Shown: positions 38,621 to 52,221, counted from the stretch's first letter. The stretch: DNA of 64,000 nt from Octopus vulgaris (GCA_951406725.2 OX597822.1:80662001-80726000); one strand, 5' to 3'. The notes: generated from the sequence alone by a model not told the origin. Program-made: numbers and translations.

Positions 38621-40064
38621 ATATATGCGTGTGTGCGTATGTGTGCGTGCGTGTGAGTGAGTGTGTGAGTGTGTGTGTTCTATTTTTAAACACTTAAGTT
38701 CTTCTACTGAAGAAGGAGCTGGTTTCTAACAAAAATACTAAGCTCCATCGTTGGAATAAATGTATGTGCATATGTTTATATATGTAGATGCGTGTGCGTA
38801 TGTATGTGTGTGCGCGTATGTGTGAGTGGATGTGTAAGTGGATGTGTGTATTAGGGTATGTGTATATACACACACACACACACACATATATGCCTTCATA
38901 AATATACAGAGAAAGAAAAACACACAGAAACAAACAAACACACATATGTGTGTGCGTGTGATCTTTAATGACTAAAACGAATGGAGACTTGAAGGTAGAT
39001 CAATTGATTTATGCATATATATATATATATATATATATATTAGTATTTGTGTGTATTTTATATATCAATATGTGTGCGTGTTTTATATAGCAATATGTTT
39101 GTCTGTGTCTGTGTTGTGTCCGCGTAAACGTTCATCCGTTTTTGCATATATACATGTTACATAGATAAATATGTATGCTTTTGGAATATGCATCGTTCAT
39201 ATTTCCATTCCTCCCAAGTGTACCGTTAATCATTTCAAACCTGACATTGTTTCTGCTTATCCTTGTGTCAATTCCTTTTCAGAATGAAAAGCGTCTTGAA
39301 GCATATTCTTTTTACGTTGTTTTCCGCCATTTTATTTTATGCTTTTTAACAATATCCGACTTTAAAGGAACACCATTCTTTCTAGACTAAATGGCACTGA
39401 TCACACGCCACTACTCATTGTTTTCTTCTATTGTTTTCACAAACTATTAATAATTTTTCCTGTTCGGGAAGAAAACGATGAGATGAAGACCTTCAGTATT
39501 TATTCTTTTCACTGTTTAAATCCTGTTTGGGGGTTGCAGCAACGCAGCAGAACTGCTCAATTTTTCGGTTCTTTTCGCTTTATTCGACAATTTATTTCGA
39601 CTATCACATCAGTTAACTTTAAGAATATAAACTATATTTATGTACGTAAACATAATCGTTCCCAACGGGGGTTTTCACACTTAAATAGCTAATTATAAAT
39701 TGATTTTGTCTTTTCTTTTTACAGCCTGCAGACATTAGCTGTCATTTCTATTGTTACATTTTTCTATGCTGAAACTTCCTACATCATTTGTGTTAAGGTA
39801 ATAACTTAAAATTTAACCATTCCTTCTTTCTTTCCTCCCTTCTTTTCTTCCTTCTTTCCTTTATTTATATATTTTTCGACAGAATATTAAAATTCTTCGT
39901 TCTGAAAGAGAATGTTCAACAATTATGATTGTTAAAATTTTGTTTCGTTTTTAGCTGTTTTACAAAGTGCACCATATTTCCTAATTCTGCACTGTTTCTT
40001 GATTGCGTCTGGTATCTCTTTCTTTCTCTGTTCCACTTCTCTTATAAACAATGTCGAATATTAC

Positions 40065-40280
40065 ACGGTGTGCTGGCAGAATCGTTAGCACGTCGTACAA
40101 AAAGCTTAGCGTAATTTCGTCTCCCGTTACGTTCTGAGTTCAAATTCGGCCGAGGTCGACTTTGCGTTTCATCATTTCGCGGGCGATAATATAAATATCA
40201 GTAAAGCACTGCAGTCGATATAATCAATTTATCCCGTCTCCTGGAATTGCCGGCCTTGTGTAATAATTTGAAACCAATAT
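40065..40280 (+). mobile_element. SINE S2
   Basis: gctggcagaatcgttagcacg…gagttcaaattcggccgaggtcgactttgc. Confidence 0.9.
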
Positions 40281-40352
40281 TACACTTTTCTACAGTCATA
40301 CTAAATTATTTTTTATATATTTTAATAACTACATATTTTGACAAACACTAGA

Positions 40353-40700
40353 TTGGAGTAAAGATTGTTTGCCAACATAACATGGCAGTCCTGGTTTGGG
40401 AAGAATGTTGCTGTAATTTAGCCCCACGAGACATCGTCTCCAGCTTGCTATACGACACAATCTGTGTCTTTATATTTTCGAACAAGTGAATCTAGCCTCC
40501 CCACTCAGCTCAAAAGTATATCTGTTCGAAAATATAAGACCACAGATCGTGTCGTATAGCCTGCTGGAGACGATGTCTCCTGGGCCTAAATTACAGCAGG
40601 ATTCGTCCTAAAACCAGGACTGGCATGTTATGTTGGCAAACAATCTTTACTCCAAAGTACTGTTGCTGAATATCTCTCGTTGTAAGATTTAAAAAATAGT
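40353..40700. mobile_element. Family A (diverged subfamily) fold-back: ~132-bp inverted arms with 38-bp spacer
   Basis: 40353-40484 versus 40523-40655; the right arm aligns with 7815-7890. Confidence 0.8.
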
Positions 40701-40934
40701 AATTTTCAAACACTGGATTGTTTTGGACATGTTATTTGAAGAAGGAAAAAAGAGCCCACCACATACCACTATATTTACCCCTACATTGTTGATCCTATTT
40801 TTTCTCCTTATCTCACTATTTTATCATGATTGTCATTTCCCCATCAAATCCATTCAGTTACATTTCATCACTAAATAAGACCCTCTTTTTTTTGCTCATA
40901 TACACTTATTATTATTCTTTTCTATGCTAAACCC

Positions 40935-41065
40935 GGAATTTTTGGGGAGGGTGCAGTCGATTAGATCGACCCAAGCACGCAACTGGTATTTAATTTATCG
41001 ACCCCAAAAGGATAAAAGGCACATCCACCGCGCCGGAATTTGAACTCAGAACGTAAAGACTGGCA
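40935..41065 (-). mobile_element. SINE S2
   Basis: Reverse complement of the S2 core and B box. Confidence 0.85.
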
Positions 41066-41207
41066 AACTCTTGTTATTATTGTTACTAAGTTTGTGTGAG
41101 CAACAGCAAAATGGGTTGTCGTATTTGTTTCAACTTTTTAATACCAAGTTCAAATTCTACCTAAGTTAACTTTACATTTCACTCTTTCAGGGTCAAAAAT
41201 TAACCAT

Positions 41208-41490
41208 TGGTACTCCATCGGTTACGACATCGACCGTTCCGACTGACCGGATCAACGAAACGGCTCGCACGTGAAATTGCCGTGCAGGTGGCCGAGCAAT
41301 CCGCAGACACACACACACACACTTATCTTAGGTCTTAGGGAGATTCACGGGACATATAATGTGACAAGGCTGCCCTTTTGAAATACGAGTACTATTCATT
41401 CATACTTGCTGAATGAACTGGAGCAGAATCGAACGCACGACCTTACGATCAAGAGCCAAATAATCAAACCACTAAACCACGCACCTACAC
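41208..41490 (-). mobile_element. SINE S3
   Basis: Colinear with 25815-26095. Confidence 0.75.
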
Positions 41491-42034
41491 CCCGAAAAAT
41501 ATAGAACCAGTCTAGTAACGGAAATGATACAGCCAAATATTTATTTCGTTTTTGTCAAAGTTCGCGTTTTGGAACCAAATTAGACCTTATTGAACGATGA
41601 TGAATCGATAGTAAAATCGACAGTGTTCGAATGAAAATGCCTTCGGTATTAATTCCGGCTCTTTAAAATCTGAGTTCAAATCCCGCTGTGTACAACAACT
41701 TTGACTTGTATTCTTAAGTCATTGATGGATTACTCTGACAGTCAAGTATTCTGATCAATGATATATAGACCTTCCACTCCCTTCAAAATTGCTGGTCTTC
41801 TAATTGTGTTGGGAACCCTTATTTGCGTAGTTGTCGTTGCAGTTGTTTTTGTTGTAATTATTCAGTTATTAAGGCGGTGAGTTGGGCAGAATTGTTACTA
41901 CACCCATCAAAATGCTTAGCAGCATTTCATCCGTCTTTAAGTTCTGATGTCAAATTATGCCGATCTCGAGTTTGTCTTTAATCCCTCGTTTGTCCCTATA
42001 GTAAAAAGGATTATTATTATTATTATTATTATTC

Positions 42035-43965
42035 CTTCGTAACACAGTGTAGGTAAAAATGTACCGGAGTCTTTAGTCATCTGTCAAGTCACAACACAAC
42101 AATCAGACAGATAATACTTTCGTTAAGATGTGTGCTCTGCCCAATAAGGCTGCTTTTTTAAAGACATCAGTCTTGAATGGGATTTCCAGTTGCCTTAAGA
42201 AGTTTTGAAGTTTCGGTGGAATTGAACCCAACGCTCTGATCACCACTGGTTTCACTTTTACATTTCCCTCCCACATTCCATACAGTCTTGCCATTTCCAC
42301 TTTCAATTTGGAGTAATTAGTGATTTTTTTTTCAACCTCTTTACTCACAACATTTATCACATTTGGTATAGCTACATCAATGATCTGACAGTACTTGTCT
42401 CTCTTATTTAATATGACAATATCCGGCCGACGGTGTTCGATTACACAATCCGTCTGAAAATCACAGTCCCAGAGTATCGTTACTTTTCCATCCTCCTGCA
42501 TAACTTTACTAGGTACATGCTCACACCAGTTCTCTGTTACTTCATATTGGTATGTACGGCATAAGAGCCAATGAAGATACATGCACACTTTATCGTGGTA
42601 TTCTTTTTGTGCAAGGCTCTCACATCCACTTACCAAGTGGACCACATTGCCTACACTATTTCCACCGAGTCTGTATTTCTGGGTGTCAGAGTTTTTATAG
42701 ATGTTATACTTCACTGACTTGATAGCGAGAGCCTGGTCTTGTGCAGCAATGATCAGGCTTGCGGTGGTACACTTCAAATCACATCACTCAAGCCATACCC
42801 ACGATGCTGTATAATCATCAACGTCCTGTGATTTCCGTTCAAACTGTCCATGCATTCAAATTTCAAGATCTTCTTTTCTCTTCTCCTCAGATCTTTGGTT
42901 AAACTGTTCCTTGCCCATCATTTCATCTGCATTTACACCCATATCTTTCACGGCATGTTGCAGCAGGTATTCATCACTATTTATCAAATACTCAGCAAGT
43001 GTTCTCCTTTGACTCCTCATACAATGGTCTATAGTAATTAATCCTCTTCCACCATCCTTTCTTTTCATATACAGTCTGTTTACGTTTTCTTTAGGGTGTA
43101 GCGCTCCATGCAGCGTCATCGACGTTCGCGTCCTCCTATCCAAAGTTGATATTTCCTCCATACACCATTTCAGGATGGATGCACCATATCTCACCACCGC
43201 AACTGCGCAGATATTCATTGCAGTAATCAAATGTTTAGCATTCAAGTTGGGTTTCAACAGCATCTTCACCCTGTTTTGATACGCCTCGCTGACCTTGACT
43301 GTCATTTTTCTGAATAGAATGTCATCCAACTCCCAAATCCCTAAATATCTATGCCTACTACAGTCGGGTTCACTAATGGTCTCTCCTGATGGTAATCGCA
43401 ATCGTCTGCAGGATGCTTTCTTCGCTCTTTTCCTTATTAAGTACTGAGCATTTGGTAATCTCAAATCTCATACGATGTCCTTACCACACTTCTGGACTGT
43501 TTTGGTTAAGGAATCTATCTGTTTTTCAGATTTCCCAAACAATTTCAGATCATCCATAAACAGAAGATGCTTCAATGATGGGCCTTTCTTCCCACATCGG
43601 TAAGCCATTATAACTCCTCTGACTGTCGTTGTTATGTGTATTAGTGCAATTACAAATAGTAGCGGAGAAAACGAGTCACCTTGGAAGCTTCCCCTTTTAA
43701 AATTCATTTCTCCAAGGAATACATTACTTGAGTACGATTCGGCTTTCCATTCTTTCATGCTATGTACCAGAAAATTTGTGATATTGTCAGCAACACCAAG
43801 CATCTGCAGGCATTCGATGATCCAAGAATGAGGCATCATATCATATGCCTTCTTAAATACAATCCAATCCATAGACATGTTTGTATGTTTTTTAGAATGC
43901 CTCAAAACTGTTTTATCAATGACCAAGTGTTTCTCGTTATCCTGAGAACTCTTCCTACCATTGTG
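42035..43965 (-). mobile_element. Dong/R4-type LINE, 5'-truncated, broken RT + RLE
   Basis: FKKAYD..PHSWI, FQGDSFSPLLF, LFMDDLKL, YLG, IIAAQDQ, HRRPDIV…IIDVAIP; (TAA)n tail. Confidence 0.93.
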
Positions 43966-44403
43966 TCTTCCTATCTTTCATTCGAGTATGTTTACTGTTC
44001 AGAATCAAGTTTTCTCTCTTCAGGGGATTGCTTTAGTACATTTTTCTAATTCAACAGTAGTTTTTGGAGTTGTTCAGTTGCTATATACAACTTCAGTTCT
44101 TCCATATATAAAATACGGTGAATTGTCTTATCATAGAAAACGTAACCAAACTCAGCCCCGTTTATCATTTTGCTTCAAAGGAATGGTGAGTAAAAAATGC
44201 ACTGGAAATTCTGTATACTTGAATTACATGTATTTTGTAAGCGTACATTTATTCTGTCGAATAGTAATTTCGAGTGAATTTTATAGATTACAGGTAGTCA
44301 ATTATTAAGATGTAAAAGTCAGATGAGTGGTCTTTTCTAGAATAACATTGTCGACCTACCTGTAAAACAAAATGCGGACATTTATTCCCGTGTGTTGCAC
44401 TAG

Positions 44404-44617
44404 ATCAAAAGACAACTAGCAGAAATGTTGAATGTTATAAAACACCAGATTTTACAAAATCAAAAGCAGTTTGAAACAAACCAAAAGTCAGATAGTATAA
44501 TGCTTCAGGGAGGTGAGGTTTTCATTTTCTATTGCTGCTACATATTCACCTAACAAAATATTGATTTTGTTATATTTAGCTTCAGTTTCAAAAACTGAGT
44601 CTCCAAAGTGTTGCTAA
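44404..44617 (+). CDS. Candidate last two exons (44404-44512, 44580-44617) of a Rab-like protein ending -CC
   Basis: 67-nt GT-AG intron with CTAAC branch point; spliced frame IKRQLAEMLNVIKHQILQNQKQFETNQKSDSIMLQGASVSKTESPKCC*; no GTPase G-box exons found; 5' boundary uncertain. Confidence 0.4.
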
Positions 44618-45274
44618 TGTTTCATTAGTGACTATCTTGCCAATAGAAAACTTTGCAGGTTGTGTTTCGCTAATGCTATACCATCTCATAGTAGTTTTTT
44701 TTGTTTAATGGATATTTGTGTTTGTTTTCTTTTTGGTATTCTAGTATTTACTGTTTCTTGTTTCTTGTTTGTTTTGCATTTAATCATGTAAAAAGGACCC
44801 ATGCTAGTTATTTTATCTACAAGTATTGTATTCTTTAAACTGGCTTATTTTATTAACTTCAATGCGGAAGCAATCTCTTCTATATTTGAATTTACTCATC
44901 TAGTTTCCTATCGTATGTTGACAAATGTTTTCTACAACGATGCTGTGTTTGTTTGATAGTGTTTTGTCTGTCGCTAAACTAATAACAGTTTTATGTATTA
45001 CAATGCTTTGCTAAGCTTTCTTTAATTCTGAACAATTGATAGCATCCCTCGCATCTATGTTGTTCTATGAGAAAATAATTCGTTAACGTAAGGCTACATT
45101 TGATGGGTGCCATCCGAGCATGCTATTAATACATATATCCTGGTTTGTTTAGTTCGCCTTGTACAGAACTAGATTTTTATCACTGAAGAAATGCAGCGCG
45201 TATATTATTAGCGTAGCTATCTCCTAAGATAACAATGATGTAGTGTTTTTAGATATTTGTGAATATTTCAATAT

Positions 45275-45477
45275 GTGACCGTGTGTGTATCGTTGGCGAT
45301 TTTCTTTCTCCGTTTTCCCTTCCTTGGACTTTTCCTTTTTTCTATATTTCTGACGAAGAGCTCCGCTCGAAACGTTAAAACCTCCTTCTTTCTTTCCTTT
45401 CCTGAGCGTCCAATAACACTATACTTGTTCCACATCCTCGCGTTGTTGTGTTTTCTCTTTGTTCATGTTTGGATTAA

Positions 45478-45480
<3 letters not shown>
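45275..45480 (+). mobile_element. PLE-type short terminal fragment (family C) ending in (TA)n
   Basis: Pyrimidine-rich with a central HHR-like core; homologous to 34080-34278. Confidence 0.7.
45347..45379 (+). ncRNA. Ultra-minimal hammerhead-like motif (no loop 3)
   Basis: TTT-CTGACGA-AGAGC(TCC)GCTC-GAAAC-GTT-AAA; AACGTT palindrome; weak stem I. Confidence 0.55.
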
Positions 45481-45519
<39 letters not shown>

Positions 45520-45523
45520 TTGT

Positions 45524-46163
45524 TCAGAATCACGCCGGACGAGGAGGAGTAGATAAGATAGTAAATCAGTGAAGGAGAAGTAGTGAGAGTAATAGACCTG
45601 ACTGAGAGGGAGTCAGAGAAAGTAATAGCAATGAGAGAAAGGAATGGATGATAGATGAATAAGGAAGAGAGCAGTGAAATAAATCAGCGTATGAACTCTG
45701 TGTGAGTATATGTGTGTATGTGTGTGCGTATACAAGGGCAGTATTTGAATGTTTGTGTGTGTGATTATTACGTACCTTGTTTTGTACCTTATTTATATAT
45801 CAAATACTACAATTCGCCGTCATTAGTGACGGTACGTGGTCAGCTAGTATAATAACGAACGTAGTCTTTTATATCTTTGTGTGTATATATGTATGCATGT
45901 GTGTGTGTATGTTTATGTGTGTGTGTGTGTGTGTCCAGAATCATGCCGGACGCGGAGCAGGAGAGAAAATTGTAATTCAGTGGAGAAGTGGTGAAGATAA
46001 TAGCCCTGACTGAGAGGGAGTGAGAGAAAGCAATAGCAATGGGAGTAAGGAAAGTGGGATAAAGGAATAAGGAAGGAAGCGGTGAAAACTCTGTGTGAGT
46101 ATTTGTGAATATATATGTTCGTGTACAATTAGCCGTCATTATTGACGGCACGTGATCAGCTAG
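45524..46163 (+). mobile_element. Two tandem diverged non-autonomous Helitron-like units
   Basis: Units 45524-45847 and 45934-46163 each end GCCGTCA(N4)TGACGGY-N10-CTAG|T. Confidence 0.75.
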
Positions 46164-46399
46164 TTGTAAGGATATTTGTAGTAACTTTAATATTACTATA
46201 GTGATTCACATAATTAATACTTTTGTTCCTGGTATCACTGCCATCATTTCATCTGTTTATTCAAGCTGCAATACTTACTGCTTACAGCCTCAATTTCTGT
46301 AATCCTCAATCAATCTTTGTATCAATCTGCAGAGTGGTCCCAAAGTAGGTTTAGAGCTATTCAATTATCTCTTTCGCATTCGTATATTAACAGTTTAAA

Positions 46400-46565
46400 T
46401 TACTATTTGTAAATCTCACAACGAGAGATATTCAGCAACAGTAATTTGGAGTAAAGAATTTTGCCAACATAACATGTTGCTGTAATTTAGCCCGAGGAAT
46501 CATCGTCTTCAGCTGGCTCTACGACACGATCTGTGTCCTTATGTTTTCGAGCAAGAAGATGCTAG
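46400..46565 (-). mobile_element. Family A subfamily copy
   Basis: Reverse complement of 40523-40700 with an internal deletion. Confidence 0.8.
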
Positions 46566-46860
46566 ATTTTTCAGTAACTTTGCAAACACACACACAGACA
46601 GATAAAGCCCAGTGCCTACAATACCCTGCTCTCGCTTACGTGTGCAGAGTAATCAATTAATTAATTAAAACGAAATTAAAATAAATTATCAATGATTATA
46701 ATTTTTAAGGCACCGAACAAAATAAAATGTGAGATTTAGTTTACAGATCTTAATATTCTGAGATTAAATACAGCTGAGGTCATATTTTCAGGTTAATTGG
46801 CATCAACCCCACCGAGTCATTAAATTTGTGTATTTGAGACTAAATTAGAAACAAATTATT

Positions 46861-47690
46861 GAGTGAAAGAGCAGTGCCTGCCATCAAAGTGTAATTGGGG
46901 TAAAATAAACAAAGCCCAGTATACCCATCATGACTACCCGTCTGATAAGGGTATACCAGGCATATGCATCGCAACCATATATGCATATGTTACATCGCAC
47001 GTTCGGATGACCTCTACTCAACACTGACGTCTAGACTTCTCCCTCTATATCTACGTATTGGGCTAGATTACTTCATCGTCTGGGGGCGTCCACACAACAG
47101 CGTAACATGGTAGTCTCATATCAAGATTAAGAATGCATGACCTTGCAGGCGGAGACGCAGTAAGAATTTTCTTCAGGTCAAGTAGCGCGTCACACCACTC
47201 AAAATATTTTTAAAGTTGTTTAAGGATGTTGAACGAAACACCCATGTTTCCAGTGGCGAATTATTCAAACCTGCATCGTGGCGAATTATTCAAACCAGCC
47301 ATATCGAGATAAACTGCGCATGACCTTGCATGCAGGGCCCAGTTAGAATTGTTTTCTGGTTGAGTAAGCGCATCCCACCCAAAAGGTCCTTGAATAAGAG
47401 TTAAGGATGGTGAACAAAACACGTTCCCCGAGGCGAATTATTCAAAACCCAAAGAATTCCTCTCAACACATGGCTATGATGCTCCCCCACTACATTTGGT
47501 CGTGATCAGAGATGGAAATATCACCAACAACCAAGATATACGATCAACTAGTTAAGAGCGAACAACTGACCAGCAAATCTGTGGTATTGAGGAGAATATT
47601 TACTGGAACCCATGTTTTGCACCAATACAAAACCTGTACATAACACTTCGAAACAGTTAAAATCAGAGGGCATGGGATCTATTGCCTGGT
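46861..47690 (-). mobile_element. Family U, older copy with internal duplication and 120-bp insertion
   Basis: Colinear with 14759-15272; the catgaccttgca…attattcaaac segment is present twice. Confidence 0.85.
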
Positions 47691-48380
47691 GAAACAAATT
47701 ATCGTTATCTTCATTATCATTATTACCAGCATCATCATCATCAACATCATCAACAACATCATCATCATTATCATCATCTTGCTCATCATCGTGAACATCA
47801 TCATCATTACTATTATTTAATTGCTATTGTTTGTGGTGTAAATATTTATCTTTTTCTTCTATTTGGACAGTTTGAAACTTTCAAAGTGACGCCAGTAATT
47901 TTATTTTATTTATTATTACTTTACTGTTTTGTATGTCACAAACAATCATATATATCAACCCCCACCCTCAAAACAAAACCAGAAAAATATAATAAAAACA
48001 AATCTCTGTGTGTTTGTGTATATTGCTATTTCCTATGTTCTTTATAATTGTCGATGCAGTCGACATAATATATAAATAATATATAGGCTTCTCTCTGATA
48101 TACTTGGTTCCATTAAAGCTCTTTAATACGACATAATATAATGGAGCTGATGTTTATATTTCATGAATTATTTTAACTGGAAATCTAAATCTCAGCTAGA
48201 TATTGATCAGCATTTCCCTCCTCTGTATTTGGTCGCTTATGTATTAGTGTAAAACATATTACACCTGAACAAAGCTGGCGGGGAGAAATCTGCACAGGAT
48301 CCGCTCGCCAGACAGAAAAGAACAGAACTGAACTGCACTGGTTTATATTTATGCGTGTGTGTATGTGTAGGGGTATGTGT

Positions 48381-48417
<37 letters not shown>

Positions 48418-48478
48418 ACCATATAATGATATGAATAAAATATATATATACACATATATACATACATAGATGTATGTA

Positions 48479-48524
<46 letters not shown>

Positions 48525-48536
48525 GAGAGAGAGAGA

Positions 48537-48766
48537 GTGGCTGTATACTGTCAACATAACGTGACAGTCCCGTAAGGGAATTACATCACCGCTGTTTAGC
48601 CCTAGGAAGCATCGACGCTTCCTGTCGGCTTTGACACATTTCCCGTGTCCTTATATTTGCAAAGGGAAGGCAAGCACCCCCACCAGCTAGGAATCCTAGG
48701 TGGTGGGGGTGCTTGCCTCCCCTTCGCAAATATAAGGGCACAGGAAATGTGTCAAATGTGTCAAAT
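48537..48766 (-). mobile_element. Family A (third subfamily) with fold-back hairpin 48630-48756
   Basis: cccttcgcaaatataagggcacaggaaatgtgtc resembles 7807-7843; palindrome centred on ctaggaatcctag. Confidence 0.75.
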
Positions 48767-48769
48767 GTT

Positions 48770-49110
48770 TCTTGAATAAGTTGCATCCAGATATAGGTGG
48801 CTTATATAGTATTCCTTGAAGAAATTTGTCCAGATTCCGATTAAAGGTGATAGGATCCTTTTTGCCTTTGATCTGTTTTGGGACAATGTTAAATAGGGCA
48901 GGGCCTGTTGAGGAAAAGAAATTGTGTTGCAATGCATTTATGGGTTGTGATCTTGAAACGGGTAGGGGACGTATGCCCCGAGGTCTAGACTTAGTTGAAT
49001 TTGAAACTTATGTTGAGGTCGTTTCTGCAATTCTGATGGTATATTCGTATATTCTCCACATTGTGCAAATGATGTATCACTCACGTCGGCGCTGGAGAGA
49101 ATACACTTTC
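48770..49110 (-). mobile_element. CR1-group LINE C-terminal fragment
   Basis: YSLQRRRE…[13 protein letters not shown]…LDKFLQGI, homologous to 57030-57330. Confidence 0.8.
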
Positions 49111-49121
49111 AATACATACAG

Positions 49122-49201
<80 letters not shown>

Positions 49202-49596
49202 ATACATATATGTGTGTGTATGCGTATGTATATATATACACACGCATGTATGTGTATGTGTCTGTGTATCTGTGTGTTTTGCCTGTGTCAGTGAGTGCTT
49301 GAAACGATTCTAACTTCTGTTCCCGTGGTTCTAAAGTTGTCCTTCGTTGAAACTCTACTTCTCACAAATTTAAACTAGATTAGAGGTTCTTTGTTTCAGA
49401 ATTTATGTCTCAGAGTTTATGGCGGTTTTCTTGTCCATGTCACACTCATTCAATGATACTTCATTCTTGCTCTTGGTAGGGATCATAATTCTTGTAAGGG
49501 TAATAATTCTTGTTTTATAGGTTCTTAGTTTGTAGAGGTTTTGTCGCAGGTTATGCGTGTGTGCGTTTGTGTTATGTATATTACGTTTATACATAC

Positions 49597-49649
<53 letters not shown>

Positions 49650-49702
49650 TATTATGTATTATATATATATAAATACACACACATATATACAGAAATAAAA
49701 CG

Positions 49703-49745
<43 letters not shown>

Positions 49746-50189
49746 TATATGTATGTATATGTATTATTTGTATATATTTGCGTGTGCATGCGAGTTTGTG
49801 TGAATAAATGAATAAATTGATATGCCTGTCTCTTTGTAAGTTTATGTATGCATATGGGCTTTTGCGTGCATACGCTATGTGAGCTGCTATTTCAACACTT
49901 CTATATACTTAAAATTCGCATTTCAATTCATCATCAAAGGAATAAATATATATATCCATCCAACAGTTATAGCGAGCGAACTTTCTGTAATAAACACGCT
50001 ATGTTTCTTATGGGTTCTGATATCTTCTCAATCTTTCTACTCTGTACATCAGAAAATTTATTTTATCATGCGATATGTTGCAATATGCCGTTTCGGTATC
50101 ATATTCCAATTACTTTTTGCACTCACCTCAAAAACACATCATATGCGAATTTTTTTTACTGTTCCTCCCATTAGCATATTACAAACACG

Positions 50190-50333
50190 CCGTGGCTTTC
50201 AGGTTACGAAGCAATGTGGTTTCAGCTCACTCGTACGGTCTGGTTTCTTCGGCAAGAGTCTTCTATTACAGCTCCGGGTTGACAGATCTATATCTTGTGA
50301 GTTAAGGTAGCTGAAACTGTGTGAAAGCCCGTC

Positions 50334-50335
<2 letters not shown>
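50190..50335 (+). mobile_element. SINE S1 5' module, diverged
   Basis: ggcaagagtcttctattacagc…gaaactg…aagcccgtcg+(TA)n. Confidence 0.65.
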
Positions 50336-50365
<30 letters not shown>

Positions 50366-50369
50366 CAAG

Positions 50370-50620
50370 CGATTGGCTATAAGGCTCTCTACGCGATAAG
50401 GGAGAAAGAAAACTCGAGAGATAGCAAAAATCTCGAAAAGTACGTGTAACAAATAAGGGCTGAAATAAGGATGGAGCACTTGCAAAAAACACCACTGCTT
50501 GGAACCGCTCGAATACTCCGGAAGGTGCTCAGAAAACAAGGGTAGTACTTTAGTTCACTGGTAATGAAGAGCTGAGACCGTAATACATGTCCAGCGTTAG
50601 AAGCTGCGCACAGGGAATAA
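50370..50620 (+). mobile_element. Dong/R4-type LINE extreme 3' end
   Basis: EHLQKTPLLGTARILRKVL followed by a short UTR and (TAA)n. Confidence 0.8.
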
Positions 50621-50629
50621 TAATAAGAA

Positions 50630-50816
50630 TGACATCGAAGAAATACCTTAGGAATGAGAACCCAGGTTCAAAATTTACCCACGACACCTGATGAATGCTG
50701 AAGGGTACATCTACTGAAACGTTGTCTTAACAACAAACAAGATGAGGACAAACATCCGTCAAATGTAAATAATGTAAATAATGTATATAATTCCTCATCT
50801 CAGAAATATAGAACTG
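50630..50816 (+). mobile_element. Short element with degenerate hammerhead (50683-50726)
   Basis: GACAC-CTGATGA-ATGCTG…TACT-GAAAC-GTT-GTC; stem II decayed. Confidence 0.55.
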
Positions 50817-51093
50817 TCGAATATGTTCAGCTTGAGCAAGTCATTATCGCACCGGAAAATGCTCAGAGGCATTTCTTAACTTTATATATTCTGAGTTCAA
50901 ATTTTCCGCCGCAGTCAATTTCCCTTTCATTATTTCGAGGTCGGTAAATAAGTACCTCGTCGATGTAATTGCTTAGAGACTCCGCTAAAAATCCCAGCTC
51001 TTGTGATTATAGTACAAAGGAATATTAATATTATTATTATTATTATTATATAATATTACTATTACTATTATTATTATCATTATCATTATTATT

Positions 51094-51568
51094 GAATGAG
51101 AGAGCAGTTCATGCCATCAAAGTGACACTGGGGTCAAATATACGAAGCCCAATATATCCATCATGACTACTCGTCTGATAAGGGTACACCAGGCACATGC
51201 ATCACAACCATATGTGCGCGACATGGTGATCTCATATCAAGATAAACAGTACATGACCTTGCAGGTGGGGCCCAGTTAGAATTTTCTTCTGGTCGAGTAA
51301 CCCATCCCGCTCAAAAGGTCCCTGAATAAGGGTTGTTTAAGGATGTTGAAAGAACCACCCATGTTTCCAGAGGTGAATTATTCAAACCCAAAGAATCCCT
51401 CTCAACACATGGCTATGATGCTCCCCCACTACTTCTGCTCGTGATCAGAGATGCACATATCGTCAGCCACTAAGGGACATGCTCAACTGGTTAAAGTCAA
51501 ACAACTGACAAGCAAATCTGTAGTATTGAGCAGAATATTTGCTGTAGCCCATCTTTTATACCAAGACA

Positions 51569-51569
<1 letters not shown>
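51094..51569 (-). mobile_element. Family U copy in (TAA)n
   Basis: Near-identical to 14759-15235. Confidence 0.88.
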
Positions 51570-51609
<40 letters not shown>

Positions 51610-51648
51610 AATTATTATTACAATTATTATTATTATTATTATTATTAT

Positions 51649-51712
<64 letters not shown>

Positions 51713-52180
51713 TAAAGTTTCCTGTTAGCATTTCAAGACAATTTAAAATAAGTACCAGTTAAACACTGGGGGACGATGTAATCGACTTTCTCCTCCTGGC
51801 ACCTTGATCAGAGACCATTATTAATCTTCTATATTACATACATTTTCTCTGTTGATGTAATTAGGTGTTTGTAGAATACAGTCTCCTTAAGAAATTGATT
51901 TTTATCTTAAATGGATCTTGTACATACAGTTTCGACTTTTAGATATTCAGAATAATTTGAAATGAGAAATTAATGCGACCAGAAAGTTTTTAAGTTGCCA
52001 AAATCTGGCAATTCCGTGTATTTGGCCTGTGATACTCTGTGACAAAATTTGACATATTGAATAACATTTGTTCTTCATATTTGGAAATAACATTTGTAAA
52101 TTATTCAAAAACAGCGTTCGCTTATTGCAGAATGGTGTGTGTGTGGACATATATATATAAAGACATACACACAGACACAA

Positions 52181-52221
<41 letters not shown>

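Noticed and set aside
38702-38750. CTGAAGA followed by GGAGCT/AGCTCC stem
   Set aside because: No GAAA or NUH half, so not a hammerhead.
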